A DNA stretch of 64,000 bases from Nitrospirota bacterium (GCA_963751455.1 CAVVUN010000002.1:384001-448000), one strand, 5' to 3'. Positions 40,669-49,762 are shown, numbered from the stretch's first letter. The notes: generated by a model from the letters alone, not told the origin. Numbers and translations: made by a program.

Positions 40669-41101
40669 CTACTGCAATAATGCATCAAACAAGTCCTTCC
40701 ATTCGGGGTTCATGCTATTTACCAGTTCGATCTTTTTCTTGCGAGAACCGCCTTTAATCTGCTTCTCTCTGGCAATTGCCGAGTGCGCATTCTGTCCAAC
40801 TTCATAATAAACAAGTTTGATGATCTCGTAAAAAGTCGTCTCCCCGGTGAAAACCGGGGTCCAGTGGTTATCGAACTTATTGAAAAGACTGGATACCGGC
40901 GTTCGCCGGTATGACGAAATTGGGTGTTTTCTGACTTCTTACGAATGCATCAAGTTTAGAGATATTATATTTTTGGTAAAACCATCTGCTGTTTTTTGTT
41001 TATGCTGATGAACGCGTTCTAATCAGATTATTAGTCACTCCTGTATAGAGAACCGAGTGAATTTTGTTCGTCATAATGTAAACGTAATACTGTTTCTCCA
41101 T
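40669..41101 (-). pseudogene. GIY-YIG nuclease pseudogene (frameshift + MITE insertion)
   Basis: MEKQYYVYIMTNK..VLYTGVTNNL, +1 shift at ~41017, RVHQHK..GFTKKYNISKL|MITE|VYYE..AIAREKQIKGGSRKKK..NPEWKDL; not in the ORF track. Confidence 0.88.
40819..40951. mobile_element. 133-bp MITE with 6-bp target duplication
   Basis: Imperfect 19-bp TIR GATGATCTCGTAAAAAGTC/GACTTCTTACGAATGCATC; AAGTTT on both sides; two internal REP hairpins. Confidence 0.85.
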
Positions 41102-41184
41102 ATCTGTTTAAATGCGAGATTGCTTCGTCGCGATGCTCCTCGCAATGACGACTCAGAATGGGGTTAGCTTAAGAAGAATGGCAG

Positions 41185-41940
41185 CTACTTTTCCCCCAGC
41201 AGGTTTATCCGGTGTGCGAGCACGCCGGCGCCGAAGCCGTTGTCGATGTTCATGACGGCCACTCCCGACGCGCAGGAATTGAGCATGGTCAGGAGCGGGG
41301 CAAGACCCTGGAACCCTGCGCCGTATCCGATGCTGGTTGGTACGGCTATAACCGGCTTGTCCACAAGTCCGCCTACAACTGAGGGAAGAGCGCCGTCCAT
41401 GCCGGCAACGACGATGATTACCCTGGCCCCGTCGAGAATGTCATGCTTGCTCAGCACACGGTGAATGCCTGCTACTCCCACGTCATAAACGGTTTGAATA
41501 GTGCTGCCGAGTGCGGCGGCCGTAACCGCGGCTTCCTCAGCCACCGGGATGTCGGACGTGCCGGCGGTAACTATGATGACCACGCCTTCAGTCGTCTTTT
41601 TCTCTTTGTGTTGAATGACTATTGCCCGTGAAGCCTGGTGATAGACCGCCCTCCGGTCAAGCTTTTTTACGGCTTTGAACACCGGTTCGCTCGCTCTTGT
41701 TGCGAGAATATCGCTCTTGTTCGCAAGCATGCGCTTTGTTATGCCGAGAATCTGCTCGAGTGATTTCCCTTCGCAATAGATGACCTCGGGCATGCCGTGC
41801 CGTAGATGGCGATGGTGGTCGATATGCGCGTACTGCAGGTCCTCAAACGGCAGCCGTTTGAGACGGTTGAGCGCGGTCTCGATATCGGTCTTGCCGCTGC
41901 GGACGTTTTGCAGCAGTTTTACGAGGTCAGCTGTGTTCAT
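41185..41940 (-). CDS. larB: Nickel pincer cofactor biosynthesis protein LarB
   Basis: DHHRHLRHGMPEVIY, AGTSDIPVAEEA, DVGVAGIHR, NIDNGFGA. Confidence 0.95.
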   Translation of the reverse strand: MNTADLVKLLQNVRSGKTDIETALNRLKRLPFEDLQYAHIDHHRHLRHGMPEVIYCEGKSLEQILGITKRMLANKSDILATRASEPVFKAVKKLDRRAVYHQASRAIVIQHKEKKTTEGVVIIVTAGTSDIPVAEEAAVTAAALGSTIQTVYDVGVAGIHRVLSKHDILDGARVIIVVAGMDGALPSVVGGLVDKPVIAVPTSIGYGAGFQGLAPLLTMLNSCASGVAVMNIDNGFGAGVLAHRINLLGEK

Positions 41941-41988
41941 AAAACGATTAATTGTCCTTATTAATAAAATGCCAAACGAGTCAACATA

Positions 41989-42083
41989 TTATCCGCAGAT
42001 TAACGCAGATTTCGATGATTAAAACCAGATATGATTTATTCTTTCTTAAAAATCTGCGCACTTCTGCGAAATCTGCGGATTAA
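41989..42083. repeat. Family A periodic palindrome
   Basis: ATCCGCAGATTAACGCAGATT ... AATCTGCGCACTTCTGCGAAATCTGCGGAT. Confidence 0.8.
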
Positions 42084-42155
42084 TGCTTTTGAAGATTTCC
42101 GGCATTTTTGAGGGGCTTCCTCGTTAATTCCGTGTTTGCGTAATCCGCATTCGAA

Positions 42156-43157
42156 TTATTCGCCCCTGAGTTCACGGCTCATCAGGTCCTTTGCCGCCTG
42201 CTTCGGGCTCTTATTCTCGTACAGAAGCTGGTAAACCTCGTCAACGATCGGCATATCAACGTGGTATTTCTTGGCAAGTTCACGAGCTGCCTTCGCGGTC
42301 TTTACGCCTTCCGCGACGGTCTTCATTCCGGCCATGATATCGTGCAGCTTTTCTCCCTTGCCGAGCCGCGTGCCAAGGGTCCTGTTTCTCGATAATCCGC
42401 CTGTACAGGTGAGCACCAGGTCGCCCATGCCGGCCAGCCCCGCGAAAGTCTGCATGCTTCCTCCCATGGCAATGCCTAGACGGGCCATTTCAACCAGCCC
42501 TCGCGTAAGAAGCGCTGCCATGGTGTTATAGCCGAAACCCATGCCTTCCAGAACGCCGGCTGCGATCGCTACCACGTTTTTGAGCGAACCGGCCAGTTCC
42601 ACGCCGGTGACGTCTTGATTTGTATACACGCGGAAGTAAGCGTTGCTGAACACCTCCTGCACTTTTTTACCGACAGCGGGATTATATGATGCAAGCGCGA
42701 CGGCTGTGGGCATCTTCTGGGCCACTTCCTTGGCGAAGCTTGGTCCTGAAAGAAAGCAGAGACGTTCATGGAACTTCTTAGGCAGCACGTCCTTGAAAAC
42801 TTCCGAGAGCGGCATGAGCGTTTCGATCTCGATGCCCTTTGAAGCGCTCGCAAGCATGACGTCATGCCGAAGAAAAGGCGCCAGCTGTTTCGTTACTGCG
42901 CGCACCGTGTGGGAGGGGACCACTGAAAGCACAATCTGCATGTCCTTTACAGCGTCCTCGATAGAAGATGTCACCTTAATAGATTCAGGAAGCGTGAACC
43001 CGGGCAGGTAGACCTTGTTTTCGCGTGTTCGAGATGTTTCATCGGCCAAATCTGTTTCGTACATCCACAGAGTGACCTGATGTCCTTTGTCAGCAAGAAG
43101 CATGGACAGAGCCGTGCCCCATGCGCCTGCCCCGATAACCCCAATTTTGTCAGCCAT
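42156..43157 (-). CDS. gpsA: NAD(P)H-dependent glycerol-3-phosphate dehydrogenase
   Basis: GAGAWGTAL, SKGIE, SGPSFAKEV, KNVVAIA, GDLVLTC, SRN. Confidence 0.97.
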   Translation of the reverse strand: MADKIGVIGAGAWGTALSMLLADKGHQVTLWMYETDLADETSRTRENKVYLPGFTLPESIKVTSSIEDAVKDMQIVLSVVPSHTVRAVTKQLAPFLRHDVMLASASKGIEIETLMPLSEVFKDVLPKKFHERLCFLSGPSFAKEVAQKMPTAVALASYNPAVGKKVQEVFSNAYFRVYTNQDVTGVELAGSLKNVVAIAAGVLEGMGFGYNTMAALLTRGLVEMARLGIAMGGSMQTFAGLAGMGDLVLTCTGGLSRNRTLGTRLGKGEKLHDIMAGMKTVAEGVKTAKAARELAKKYHVDMPIVDEVYQLLYENKSPKQAAKDLMSRELRGE

Positions 43158-43237
43158 AGTCCCCATTGTCGTGCCGTCTCCCAGAGCAACGTTAACGCTT
43201 AGACCCATTATCGTACCCTTTCGCTGGAATACGCGAA

Positions 43238-43373
43238 AGGGGAATCAAGGGTAATCTAAGGAGAATCATAAACTCGTTATTGTACCCTCTCCCTGAGGAA
43301 CGGGAGTAAATCTTACCCCTTTGTTTACCCTCTTTCTTGGAAACGAAATAGGGGAATCAAGGGTAATCAAGGG
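43238..43373. repeat. GGGAATCAAGGGTAATC periodic repeat cluster
   Basis: Two direct copies (43239, 43352) with complementary TTACCC units between. Confidence 0.6.
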
Positions 43374-43467
43374 CCATTATAAGGGTTGTCGGATTGGCTG
43401 TCAAAAGATTTGTGGATGCTTTACGCCCATCCAAATACAGGCGTAGGGCATATCCTCACAGGGAAGG

Positions 43468-43944
43468 TCACTCCATAAATTCATCTTCATAGAACACGTC
43501 GCGAGCCGGTAATGGTTCGCGGGAATGCACCATAAAGTGAGCTCCTTCCGGATCAAAAGCGCATTTCTGGGTCTTGTCTATTCGAAAACCTGTCCTTTTA
43601 TAATATTCCGGATCCCCGAGTATATAAACGGGTAGAGAAGTCCCGGCGATTTTAAGAGATTCTTTAATGATCTGCTGGCCCAAACCCTGTCGTTGTTTCT
43701 CAGGCAGAACAGCGATAGGTGCCAGATGATACCCTATCTTGATTTTACGGTCGTCATATGCTGTTGAATAGCAGATATAAGCTACCACCTTGCCTTTTTT
43801 CTCGATAATGAAATCAAAGGAAATCTTTTGGTGGTCTCTCAGCTTTTTTACCAGATTCGATTCCAGGATACTTGCGGCAAAAGCCCTGTCGAGAAGATAA
43901 AATATCTGGAGGTAATCGTTATCAGCGGGTCTCTTAATAATCAT
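43468..43944 (-). CDS. GNAT N-acetyltransferase (YhbS-like)
   Basis: LAPIAVLPEKQRQGLG, LGDPEYYKRTGF. Confidence 0.88.
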   Translation of the reverse strand: MIIKRPADNDYLQIFYLLDRAFAASILESNLVKKLRDHQKISFDFIIEKKGKVVAYICYSTAYDDRKIKIGYHLAPIAVLPEKQRQGLGQQIIKESLKIAGTSLPVYILGDPEYYKRTGFRIDKTQKCAFDPEGAHFMVHSREPLPARDVFYEDEFME

Positions 43945-43994
43945 GGTTTGTAAAATAGAAATGCCGCGAAGGCCGGTAATTAAGGCCGTCATTC

Positions 43995-44384
43995 TTAGCC
44001 CACTGCGAACCGGGCGAATCCGGCGTGGAGTTCATGCACGTACACCATCTCACTGCCCAACATACGAGCTTTTTGCCAAAGCCGCTCCAGCAGCTCCGGA
44101 GTCGGCTCGCCGTAGATATCGGTCCTCAAAAGCTTGATCAAAGCGGCAAACTTGCGAAAAACAGGACCTGCCACCTTCATATGAAACTCTGCCGATGCCG
44201 AGTCAGGATGGACCTGGAAAACGGTCACTTGGGTGCGGTCCATATTGAAGAATACCTCGTAGGCAATCGTCTTCGGCTCGTTTGCCTCCACGAACCCGGC
44301 CAGTTCATTCATGGCCGTCTTGAGCTCCTCGATCTTTCCCTCATGGATCCTGGAGCTGTCTATAATAACGATAGATCGGGACAT
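43995..44384 (-). CDS. ABM/dimeric alpha-beta barrel-like protein
   Basis: VEANEPKTIAYE, QVHPDSASAEFH, GFAR pattern. Confidence 0.7.
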   Translation of the reverse strand: MSRSIVIIDSSRIHEGKIEELKTAMNELAGFVEANEPKTIAYEVFFNMDRTQVTVFQVHPDSASAEFHMKVAGPVFRKFAALIKLLRTDIYGEPTPELLERLWQKARMLGSEMVYVHELHAGFARFAVG

Positions 44385-44596
44385 TCTGGGCTCCCCAGTT
44401 AACCTGATTAAAATTTCGTTTGCTTGATCTAACTAATAGTACCACGAATCAATGCGGACGATAAATGTTCTCGAACAGTGTGTGAGAATGAAATTCCTAC
44501 GAAGAACACTTCATGAAGACTAAAGAAGTATTAAAGCGGGGAGGAGTCAAATGCGGTGCCACGTCGAGGACGAGGCTGTTCAGTGAGCGGTTCGCT

Positions 44597-45931
44597 CTAC
44601 CCGGCCTGACGACTGCTTTGCACAGCCTGGTACAAGCGCTGAACCAGGGCCTGATTGTAGCCATGGGATGTCATGTTGGCAGTAACCCTTCCTCTGATGT
44701 GAAGGCCGAGGAGGTAGAGGTCGCCGATTATGTCCAGTATTTTATGGCGCACGAATTCGTCGGGGTAACGGAGTTCGGTGTTGATGACCTTGCCATCGTA
44801 CATGATGATGTGAGAATGGAGGTAACCACCTCCGACCTTTCCAAGCTTCTGGGCCATTTCGATATTTTCAAACGTGTTAAAGGAGCGGGCAGGGGCTATC
44901 TCCTTTGCAAAAGAACTTTTTTCGGGATTGAATGTAAGGGTCTGTTCGCCTATGGGTGCAGGGTAATCGACCCTCATTGATACCTTGAACCCTTCAAAGG
45001 GCTCGGCATACAGATGCTTTTCATGCCTGTCCTCGTTTCCAACCGCTATCTTCTGGCGGATGACAGCAACCCTGGCGTAGGCGGACTGTTTCTCAACCCC
45101 TGCTTCTTCGATGAGATCGCAAAAATCCTTGGCGGAGCCGTCTATGTTCGGGATCTCTTCATCGACTTTTATAAGAGCGTTCGTTATGCCGTACATGGAA
45201 AGAACCGCCATCAGGTGTTCAATGGTGCGCACGCGCCGCCTGCCGTTGTCCAGCGTGGTGGAGTTCGCAGAGAAGGTCTTTGACGAGGCAGTCTGGGAAT
45301 AGTCCTCAACAGAGGTGATAAGTCCACGGATGGTTTGACCGTCAAGAGTCTGAAAGACAATCCCTTCATTGGTCCCGAGGGGGCTCAGGATGACACCTGT
45401 ATTTCGGCCGCTCAAAAGACCAATGCCGTTAAGGACCACATTCCCTCTGAGGGTGCGCTGACGTTGTGGGGAATCCACTACTTCAACGAGGCCGGGAGGT
45501 ATCGAAAGATCGGTGTTGACTATCTCAAGCCGCGTATCCGAGGGCAGGGTGCCCGCGCCGGTCCCTGAAGGCCGGTGCTTCAGGGCAGACTTCACCTTGT
45601 CGAGTAAAACCTCCAGGTGCAGCGGTTTTTCCAAAAAATCATAGGCGCCGGCCTTGATGGCGGCAACCGCCGCATCGATGCCGGCATGTCCGCTCATCAT
45701 GATGATAGGGAGTGCGGGAAATCGGTCATGCAGACGTTTCAGGAGCTGCATGCCGTCTATGCCGGGAAGCCAGATATCCAGCAGGACAAGAGAAGGCTCC
45801 AGTGTATCGAGCTTCTGCCAAAGGCTCTCCGCATCCGGAAATGAGACGGCCTCATACCCCTCGTCCTTTAGAATGCTCTCTACTGTGGAACAGATGGAAG
45901 CCTCGTCGTCTACAATACAGATAGGTTTCAT
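44597..45931 (-). CDS. lpxC: Receiver domain fused to UDP-3-O-acyl-GlcNAc deacetylase LpxC
   Basis: REC: VDDE, LLDIWLPG, SGH, AYDFLEKP; LpxC: QRTL, TIEHLMA, EIAPARSF, HKILDIIGDL, SH. Confidence 0.9.
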   Translation of the reverse strand: MKPICIVDDEASICSTVESILKDEGYEAVSFPDAESLWQKLDTLEPSLVLLDIWLPGIDGMQLLKRLHDRFPALPIIMMSGHAGIDAAVAAIKAGAYDFLEKPLHLEVLLDKVKSALKHRPSGTGAGTLPSDTRLEIVNTDLSIPPGLVEVVDSPQRQRTLRGNVVLNGIGLLSGRNTGVILSPLGTNEGIVFQTLDGQTIRGLITSVEDYSQTASSKTFSANSTTLDNGRRRVRTIEHLMAVLSMYGITNALIKVDEEIPNIDGSAKDFCDLIEEAGVEKQSAYARVAVIRQKIAVGNEDRHEKHLYAEPFEGFKVSMRVDYPAPIGEQTLTFNPEKSSFAKEIAPARSFNTFENIEMAQKLGKVGGGYLHSHIIMYDGKVINTELRYPDEFVRHKILDIIGDLYLLGLHIRGRVTANMTSHGYNQALVQRLYQAVQSSRQAG

Positions 45932-45964
45932 ATCAGGTTTGTGTGATGTTCTCCGCGCTTAAAG

Positions 45965-46189
45965 TTAATTAGGGTAATATAGGGTAGGACAATGCAGGGC
46001 GTTTGTCAAGAACATGCTGTGCGGTTGTCTCGAACGGATAACAGCTCCTGATATTTCTTCATTAGTGAACCGGGCATGATTGATATAGTCTCCGGCATCA
46101 ATAATTGCATCGATCTGAGCTATTTTTTGATTTCCTTGAGCATAATTAGCCAGCAAGAACCAGGCATCGCTAAATTTGTAGACAGCCAT
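45965..46189 (-). CDS. Hypothetical protein, probably a truncated cassette ORF
   Basis: ATG 12 nt after a degenerate attC core; no recognisable family. Confidence 0.45.
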   Translation of the reverse strand: MAVYKFSDAWFLLANYAQGNQKIAQIDAIIDAGDYINHARFTNEEISGAVIRSRQPHSMFLTNALHCPTLYYPN

Positions 46190-46201
46190 AATGTGTCTTC
46201 T

Positions 46202-46255
46202 CTTTTACGTGCGGGTGTAGGGCGCGGTTCATAGCGTCCCACCCGCATGTTAAAA
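46202..46255 (-). other. attC site, degenerate R'
   Basis: Minus strand TTTTAAC-ATGCGGGTGGGACGC..GCGCCCTACACCCGCAC-GTAAAAG. Confidence 0.65.
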
Positions 46256-46262
46256 TTTTGAA

Positions 46263-46562
46263 TTAGCCGTGCGATGCTTCGGCATGTAACTTCAAACCGA
46301 GAGCGCCAACGACTTTCAGAATGGTATCGAAGCCGGGACTGCGGTCACCCGAAAGCGCCTTGTAGAGACTCTCGCGGGAAAGGCCAGCATCCCGCGCAAC
46401 TTGCGCCATACCCTTGGCACGGGCTATATCGCCAAGCGCTTTTGCTATGAACGCTGCGTCACCATTGGCCTCTTCAAGACATGCTTCAAGGTATGCTGCC
46501 ATTTCCTCCGGAGTACGGAGATGTTCGGCAACATCGTATCGAGTAGTTTTGGTTTTTCTCAT
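46263..46562 (-). CDS. Addiction module antidote (HTH antitoxin)
   Basis: YDVAEHLRTPEEMAAYLEA, ALGDIARAKGM, GLSRESLYKALS. Confidence 0.93.
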   Translation of the reverse strand: MRKTKTTRYDVAEHLRTPEEMAAYLEACLEEANGDAAFIAKALGDIARAKGMAQVARDAGLSRESLYKALSGDRSPGFDTILKVVGALGLKLHAEASHG

Positions 46563-46571
46563 TGTTCCCTC

Positions 46572-46862
46572 CTACAGATTTCGTGCGAGGCTCAATGCCT
46601 TTTTGATATCGGCAGCTTGCGTGCGCTTGTCGCCACCAGCCAACAAAATGATCAATTCGCGTCCGCGCATCGTGTAGTGGATACGGTAACCAGGACCGTA
46701 ATCAATACGCAATTCAGATACGCCCTCGCCGACCGGACTGACATCCCCAGGATTTCCCGCCGCAAGACGTTCGACCCTGGCCAACACTTTCGCACGTGCT
46801 CGAATGTCGCGCAGACCATCGAGCCACCGGACATACGTTTCTGTTTTACGAATCTCGTACAG
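46572..46862 (-). CDS. Addiction module killer (RelE/ParE-like toxin), apparent CTG start
   Basis: Frame extends to (L)YEIRKTETYVRWLDGLRD; GNPGD, GVSELRIDYGPGYR, GGDKRTQ. Confidence 0.88.
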   Translation of the reverse strand: MYEIRKTETYVRWLDGLRDIRARAKVLARVERLAAGNPGDVSPVGEGVSELRIDYGPGYRIHYTMRGRELIILLAGGDKRTQAADIKKALSLARNL

Positions 46863-46867
46863 GGCAT

Positions 46868-46896
46868 ATTGTAGCCAGAAGGCTACACATTGTCAA
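46868..46896 (-). promoter_or_regulatory. TA promoter with operator palindrome
   Basis: TTGACA-17bp-TACAAT on minus; TGTAGCC-AGAA-GGCTACA palindrome over the spacer and -10. Confidence 0.85.
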
Positions 46897-46920
46897 TTAA
46901 TATTCAAATTGAAATCAGAA

Positions 46921-47283
46921 CGGACCACGCTAAAGTTCTGGTTTTCAAATGATATCGTTCCAATAATAGGCATTTTCAAGGCTTAAATCCATCTTTTCAT
47001 GCCCCAAAATCGTACGCACAGGCCATAGCGTTTTTTAGCTTCAAAAAGCCATTGCAGCCAAAGCCGGCGATCCTTGTCAAACTTCAGCAAAAATTCCTTC
47101 TTATGACAGCGGTGCGTGATATGCCAAACATTACCGGGAATGTAATGCCGATTTGCCCGTGGCATCTTGCTTCTCTCATTAAAGCGTTCATTTTCCATCA
47201 AAAACAGCTTTCTAAGGTTAAAAATCAATCCGTTTTTTTTCAAGATTACTTTAGTTATAAGATATTTAGCTTGGTCCGACCCC
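46921..47283 (-). mobile_element. Internally deleted Y1/HUH (RAYT-like) transposase element
   Basis: MPRANRHYIPGNVWHITHRCH.. (47165) joined to a 3' end repeated at 51037-51126; end TGGTCCGACCCC. Confidence 0.8.
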
Positions 47284-47315
47284 TGACACCTGCCGATGAT
47301 TTGTGTTCGATAATT

Positions 47316-47981
47316 TTATCGTTCGCCTCGAGTGCGGAAGAGAAATTCCAGGTTCAGGTACGTGAACCATTCATCTACATCGTAATAGTTCGAGGAATAG
47401 GTATTGTTTATGTATCCTGCGCCGTCAAGCGAATAGCGCGTTATGCTGTAACCCGCTTTCAGCATGATGGTCAAGCCGGAAGAAAGATTGACGTTCATAC
47501 CGAGGGAAGGGCCCACTCCGAGCCCGGATCCGTCAAGATCAAAATCGGCCGCTTTTGAGGGTGCACCCTTGACCCTGTAAAAACGGATCTCGGGTCCCAA
47601 CCACATCCTGACATTATCGGAAACTTGCCCTCCAAAACCGAATGCATGGGACATGATCATGCCTGCCAGGTCGATATCGCTTGTAACCAGAGGAGTGCCG
47701 GTTTGGTTTCTGGCGATGAAATTCTTGGTGGTGAATTTATCTCTGCCGATTTCGAGATGGTAGTTGAAGATACGATCGCTTGAGAGGTTGGAGTCGAATG
47801 TTATTCCGAACGCCTTGTGTTGTGTATCAGTTGAAAATTTAGAAAAGGTATATTCGTCCTTCCAGTCCGCGGATCCCCTGCCAAACGATCCATATAAGCC
47901 CAAGCCGGCGGCGTCTGAACGGGACGCAGAGAATATAAGGATCATGGTGCACAGAAACAGCCATCCCGAATTTTTATTCAT
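47316..47981 (-). CDS. Outer-membrane beta-barrel-like exported protein
   Basis: Signal peptide; amphipathic Gly/aromatic strands; GGAGG RBS. Confidence 0.7.
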   Translation of the reverse strand: MNKNSGWLFLCTMILIFSASRSDAAGLGLYGSFGRGSADWKDEYTFSKFSTDTQHKAFGITFDSNLSSDRIFNYHLEIGRDKFTTKNFIARNQTGTPLVTSDIDLAGMIMSHAFGFGGQVSDNVRMWLGPEIRFYRVKGAPSKAADFDLDGSGLGVGPSLGMNVNLSSGLTIMLKAGYSITRYSLDGAGYINNTYSSNYYDVDEWFTYLNLEFLFRTRGER

Positions 47982-48061
47982 TTACCCTCCTTTTGAAATA
48001 AGAGCTTTGAATTTTTAAGTCAAGTGCAGATTCCGGTCAACCTTCGAGGAGAATGAAAATT

Positions 48062-49219
48062 TTACCAGGTGTAGCCGGCCGATACACCGAGGTTCAAATG
48101 AAATCCAGGGGTCTTATATCCTTCAAGGTTTCCATGACAATCGATTATTCCCGCCTGGACCTGGGGAAAGAGAATAAAATTCCGGTCCAGAGGCAGTTTA
48201 TACCCGAGATGCAAATTGTAGTCGGAAAAAACGCCTCGTTCCGTTCCAGACTGCTGATTTGAATCGGCTTTCCAGTTTCCGCGGATGCTCCATCTGCCCA
48301 GTCCCATCCCGTAATAGAGCCCTTTGAAGGGGAAATGGGTCGCGTAGAAATTAACACCCAGTTCCACTGCCGTTCCCCGTCCGTTTTCTTCGTACGTTGC
48401 TTTATGATATGTGTATCCTTGATAGCCTGCTTTCCCGTAAATAGTCGTGCGTTCAAATATTTTCCTTTCGAAAGAAACGTGTTGCGACCAACCATCAGTA
48501 CGTCGCCCCCCGTCAAAGGCAGCACCGATTATCAGTCCATTCTCGCGGCTGCTTGTGATCGAATCTTTGGGTGTGATCAGCTCCATGCCTTTTCTTTCTT
48601 CCCTAAGACGCTCGGCATTGCCGCCCGTGATCTGGAAGCTCGCTGCAGTATTGTTTTCCGGCAACTTGCGTTCAGCCTTCTCAGGAGTAAGAGTTGTTCT
48701 CCGGCCCTCCTCTGACAACACCTCTGCCGCTTCATCGGCAATTAAACGCGCTGCTTTCCTGGCCGCCGCCCGTCCGGAAACGCGCTTTACACGAGAATCG
48801 AAAACCTGGTCACCGCTTTTTTTGAAAAGGCGGAAACTGACCGCAATTTTTATCCTGGCGGTTCTCTCGACTTTTTTCAGATTGTATGCAAGAACATAGT
48901 CCGCGTCATCACTTCCTGACGCGAGGAATATCTTCCGGCCCGTAAGATATTCCTCGATTGATTCTTTGAGCTGCTTGTCGATCTCGAGTTCGCGATCGAT
49001 CCGGTCGTTATTCTCTGTCCTGATTGTCGTTTCGGAAACAACCAGAACTTTATCCTGTGCTCTTGCTTCATCGCCGTACGCTGACGAGTTCAGAACGATG
49101 AGACAGGTGGACAACAATAAACACCAGCTTGATGTACGCACAGTTTGCCTCCCTCTGCTTTTTATCGTGAAACAACGCGCTGGGGCCGCTATTCGTCGGG
49201 CCACCTCATTCGGCTCCAT
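48062..49219 (-). CDS. Exported protein with C-terminal beta-barrel
   Basis: Signal-like segment; ends LNLGVSAGYTW (BAM beta-signal-like). Confidence 0.7.
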   Translation of the reverse strand: MEPNEVARRIAAPARCFTIKSRGRQTVRTSSWCLLLSTCLIVLNSSAYGDEARAQDKVLVVSETTIRTENNDRIDRELEIDKQLKESIEEYLTGRKIFLASGSDDADYVLAYNLKKVERTARIKIAVSFRLFKKSGDQVFDSRVKRVSGRAAARKAARLIADEAAEVLSEEGRRTTLTPEKAERKLPENNTAASFQITGGNAERLREERKGMELITPKDSITSSRENGLIIGAAFDGGRRTDGWSQHVSFERKIFERTTIYGKAGYQGYTYHKATYEENGRGTAVELGVNFYATHFPFKGLYYGMGLGRWSIRGNWKADSNQQSGTERGVFSDYNLHLGYKLPLDRNFILFPQVQAGIIDCHGNLEGYKTPGFHLNLGVSAGYTW

Positions 49220-49399
49220 TTATCATCCTTAGCGCTGGTTTGTTGCAGAAAAACCACAGGACAGTCACTTTGCAACACACAGTAGATACAAGCTTAGCGT
49301 ACTTTTTATTGATTTTTTAGGTGTTACCCACTCTATGGAATGATACTGATACTTTAGTAATGCAACTGATATGCCAATTGGAGATGGTTTATTTGGTGG

Positions 49400-49458
49400 G
49401 ATAAGCACGCGCCTGACGCGCCGCCTTTGACGCGTCGCGGTCGAGGCGCTGGTTGGAA
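49400..49458 (-). other. attC site, degenerate R'
   Basis: TTCCAAC-CAGCGC-CTCGAC..GTCAG-GCGCGT-GCTTATC. Confidence 0.7.
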
Positions 49459-49470
49459 TCATTGGCCGTT

Positions 49471-49671
49471 TTACATTTGTCTTTTGTTGCTTTTGAACTG
49501 CTCTATTTGGTGTAAGTATTTCTTTGGTAATTCTTGACCTCTCATCCTGCGGGGGAGCAGCTTTTTCGGATTCCACCAAAGTTTATTCTTGATATGAAGT
49601 GTACTGCTGCAGACTATGCAATTTATTGGCATTCCAGGTCGAATAGGTATATTGATCACTGTTTTTTTCAT
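49471..49671 (-). CDS. Small basic hypothetical cassette protein
   Basis: 66-aa ORF between two attC sites; CxxC. Confidence 0.4.
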   Translation of the reverse strand: MKKTVINIPIRPGMPINCIVCSSTLHIKNKLWWNPKKLLPRRMRGQELPKKYLHQIEQFKSNKRQM

Positions 49672-49710
49672 GGTATACCAATAATGGTCATGGGGGTTGA
49701 TCCCAACAGT

Positions 49711-49762
49711 GGCAAACATCGAGCGAGGGGCGCGGTTAGCGCCCCTCCCGCGCATGTTGGAT
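49711..49762 (-). other. attC site (short, 52 bp)
   Basis: ATCCAAC-ATGCGC-GGGAGGGGCGC-TAACC-GCGCCCCTCG-CTCGAT-GTTTGCC. Confidence 0.75.

Larger units (their letters stand above)
40516..41150. repeat. REP-like arms (GTCATTGCGAG..GCAATCTC / GAGATTGC..CTCGCAATGAC) flanking the GIY-YIG gene
   Basis: Arms at 40516-40548, 40592-40630 and inverted at 41115-41150; solo relatives at 62901-62934 and 27286-27320. Confidence 0.8.

Noticed and set aside
39310-41940. Complete lactate racemase system
   Set aside because: Only larB and larC are here; larA/larE are not in the window, and dispersed lar genes are common.
44466-44477. TGTTCTCGAACA palindrome as a LexA site
   Set aside because: Half-sites are in the wrong order and spacing.
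47284-47311. Half attC after the beta-barrel gene (ATCGAAC on minus)
   Set aside because: No stem or R' partner before the transposon end; cannot be supported.
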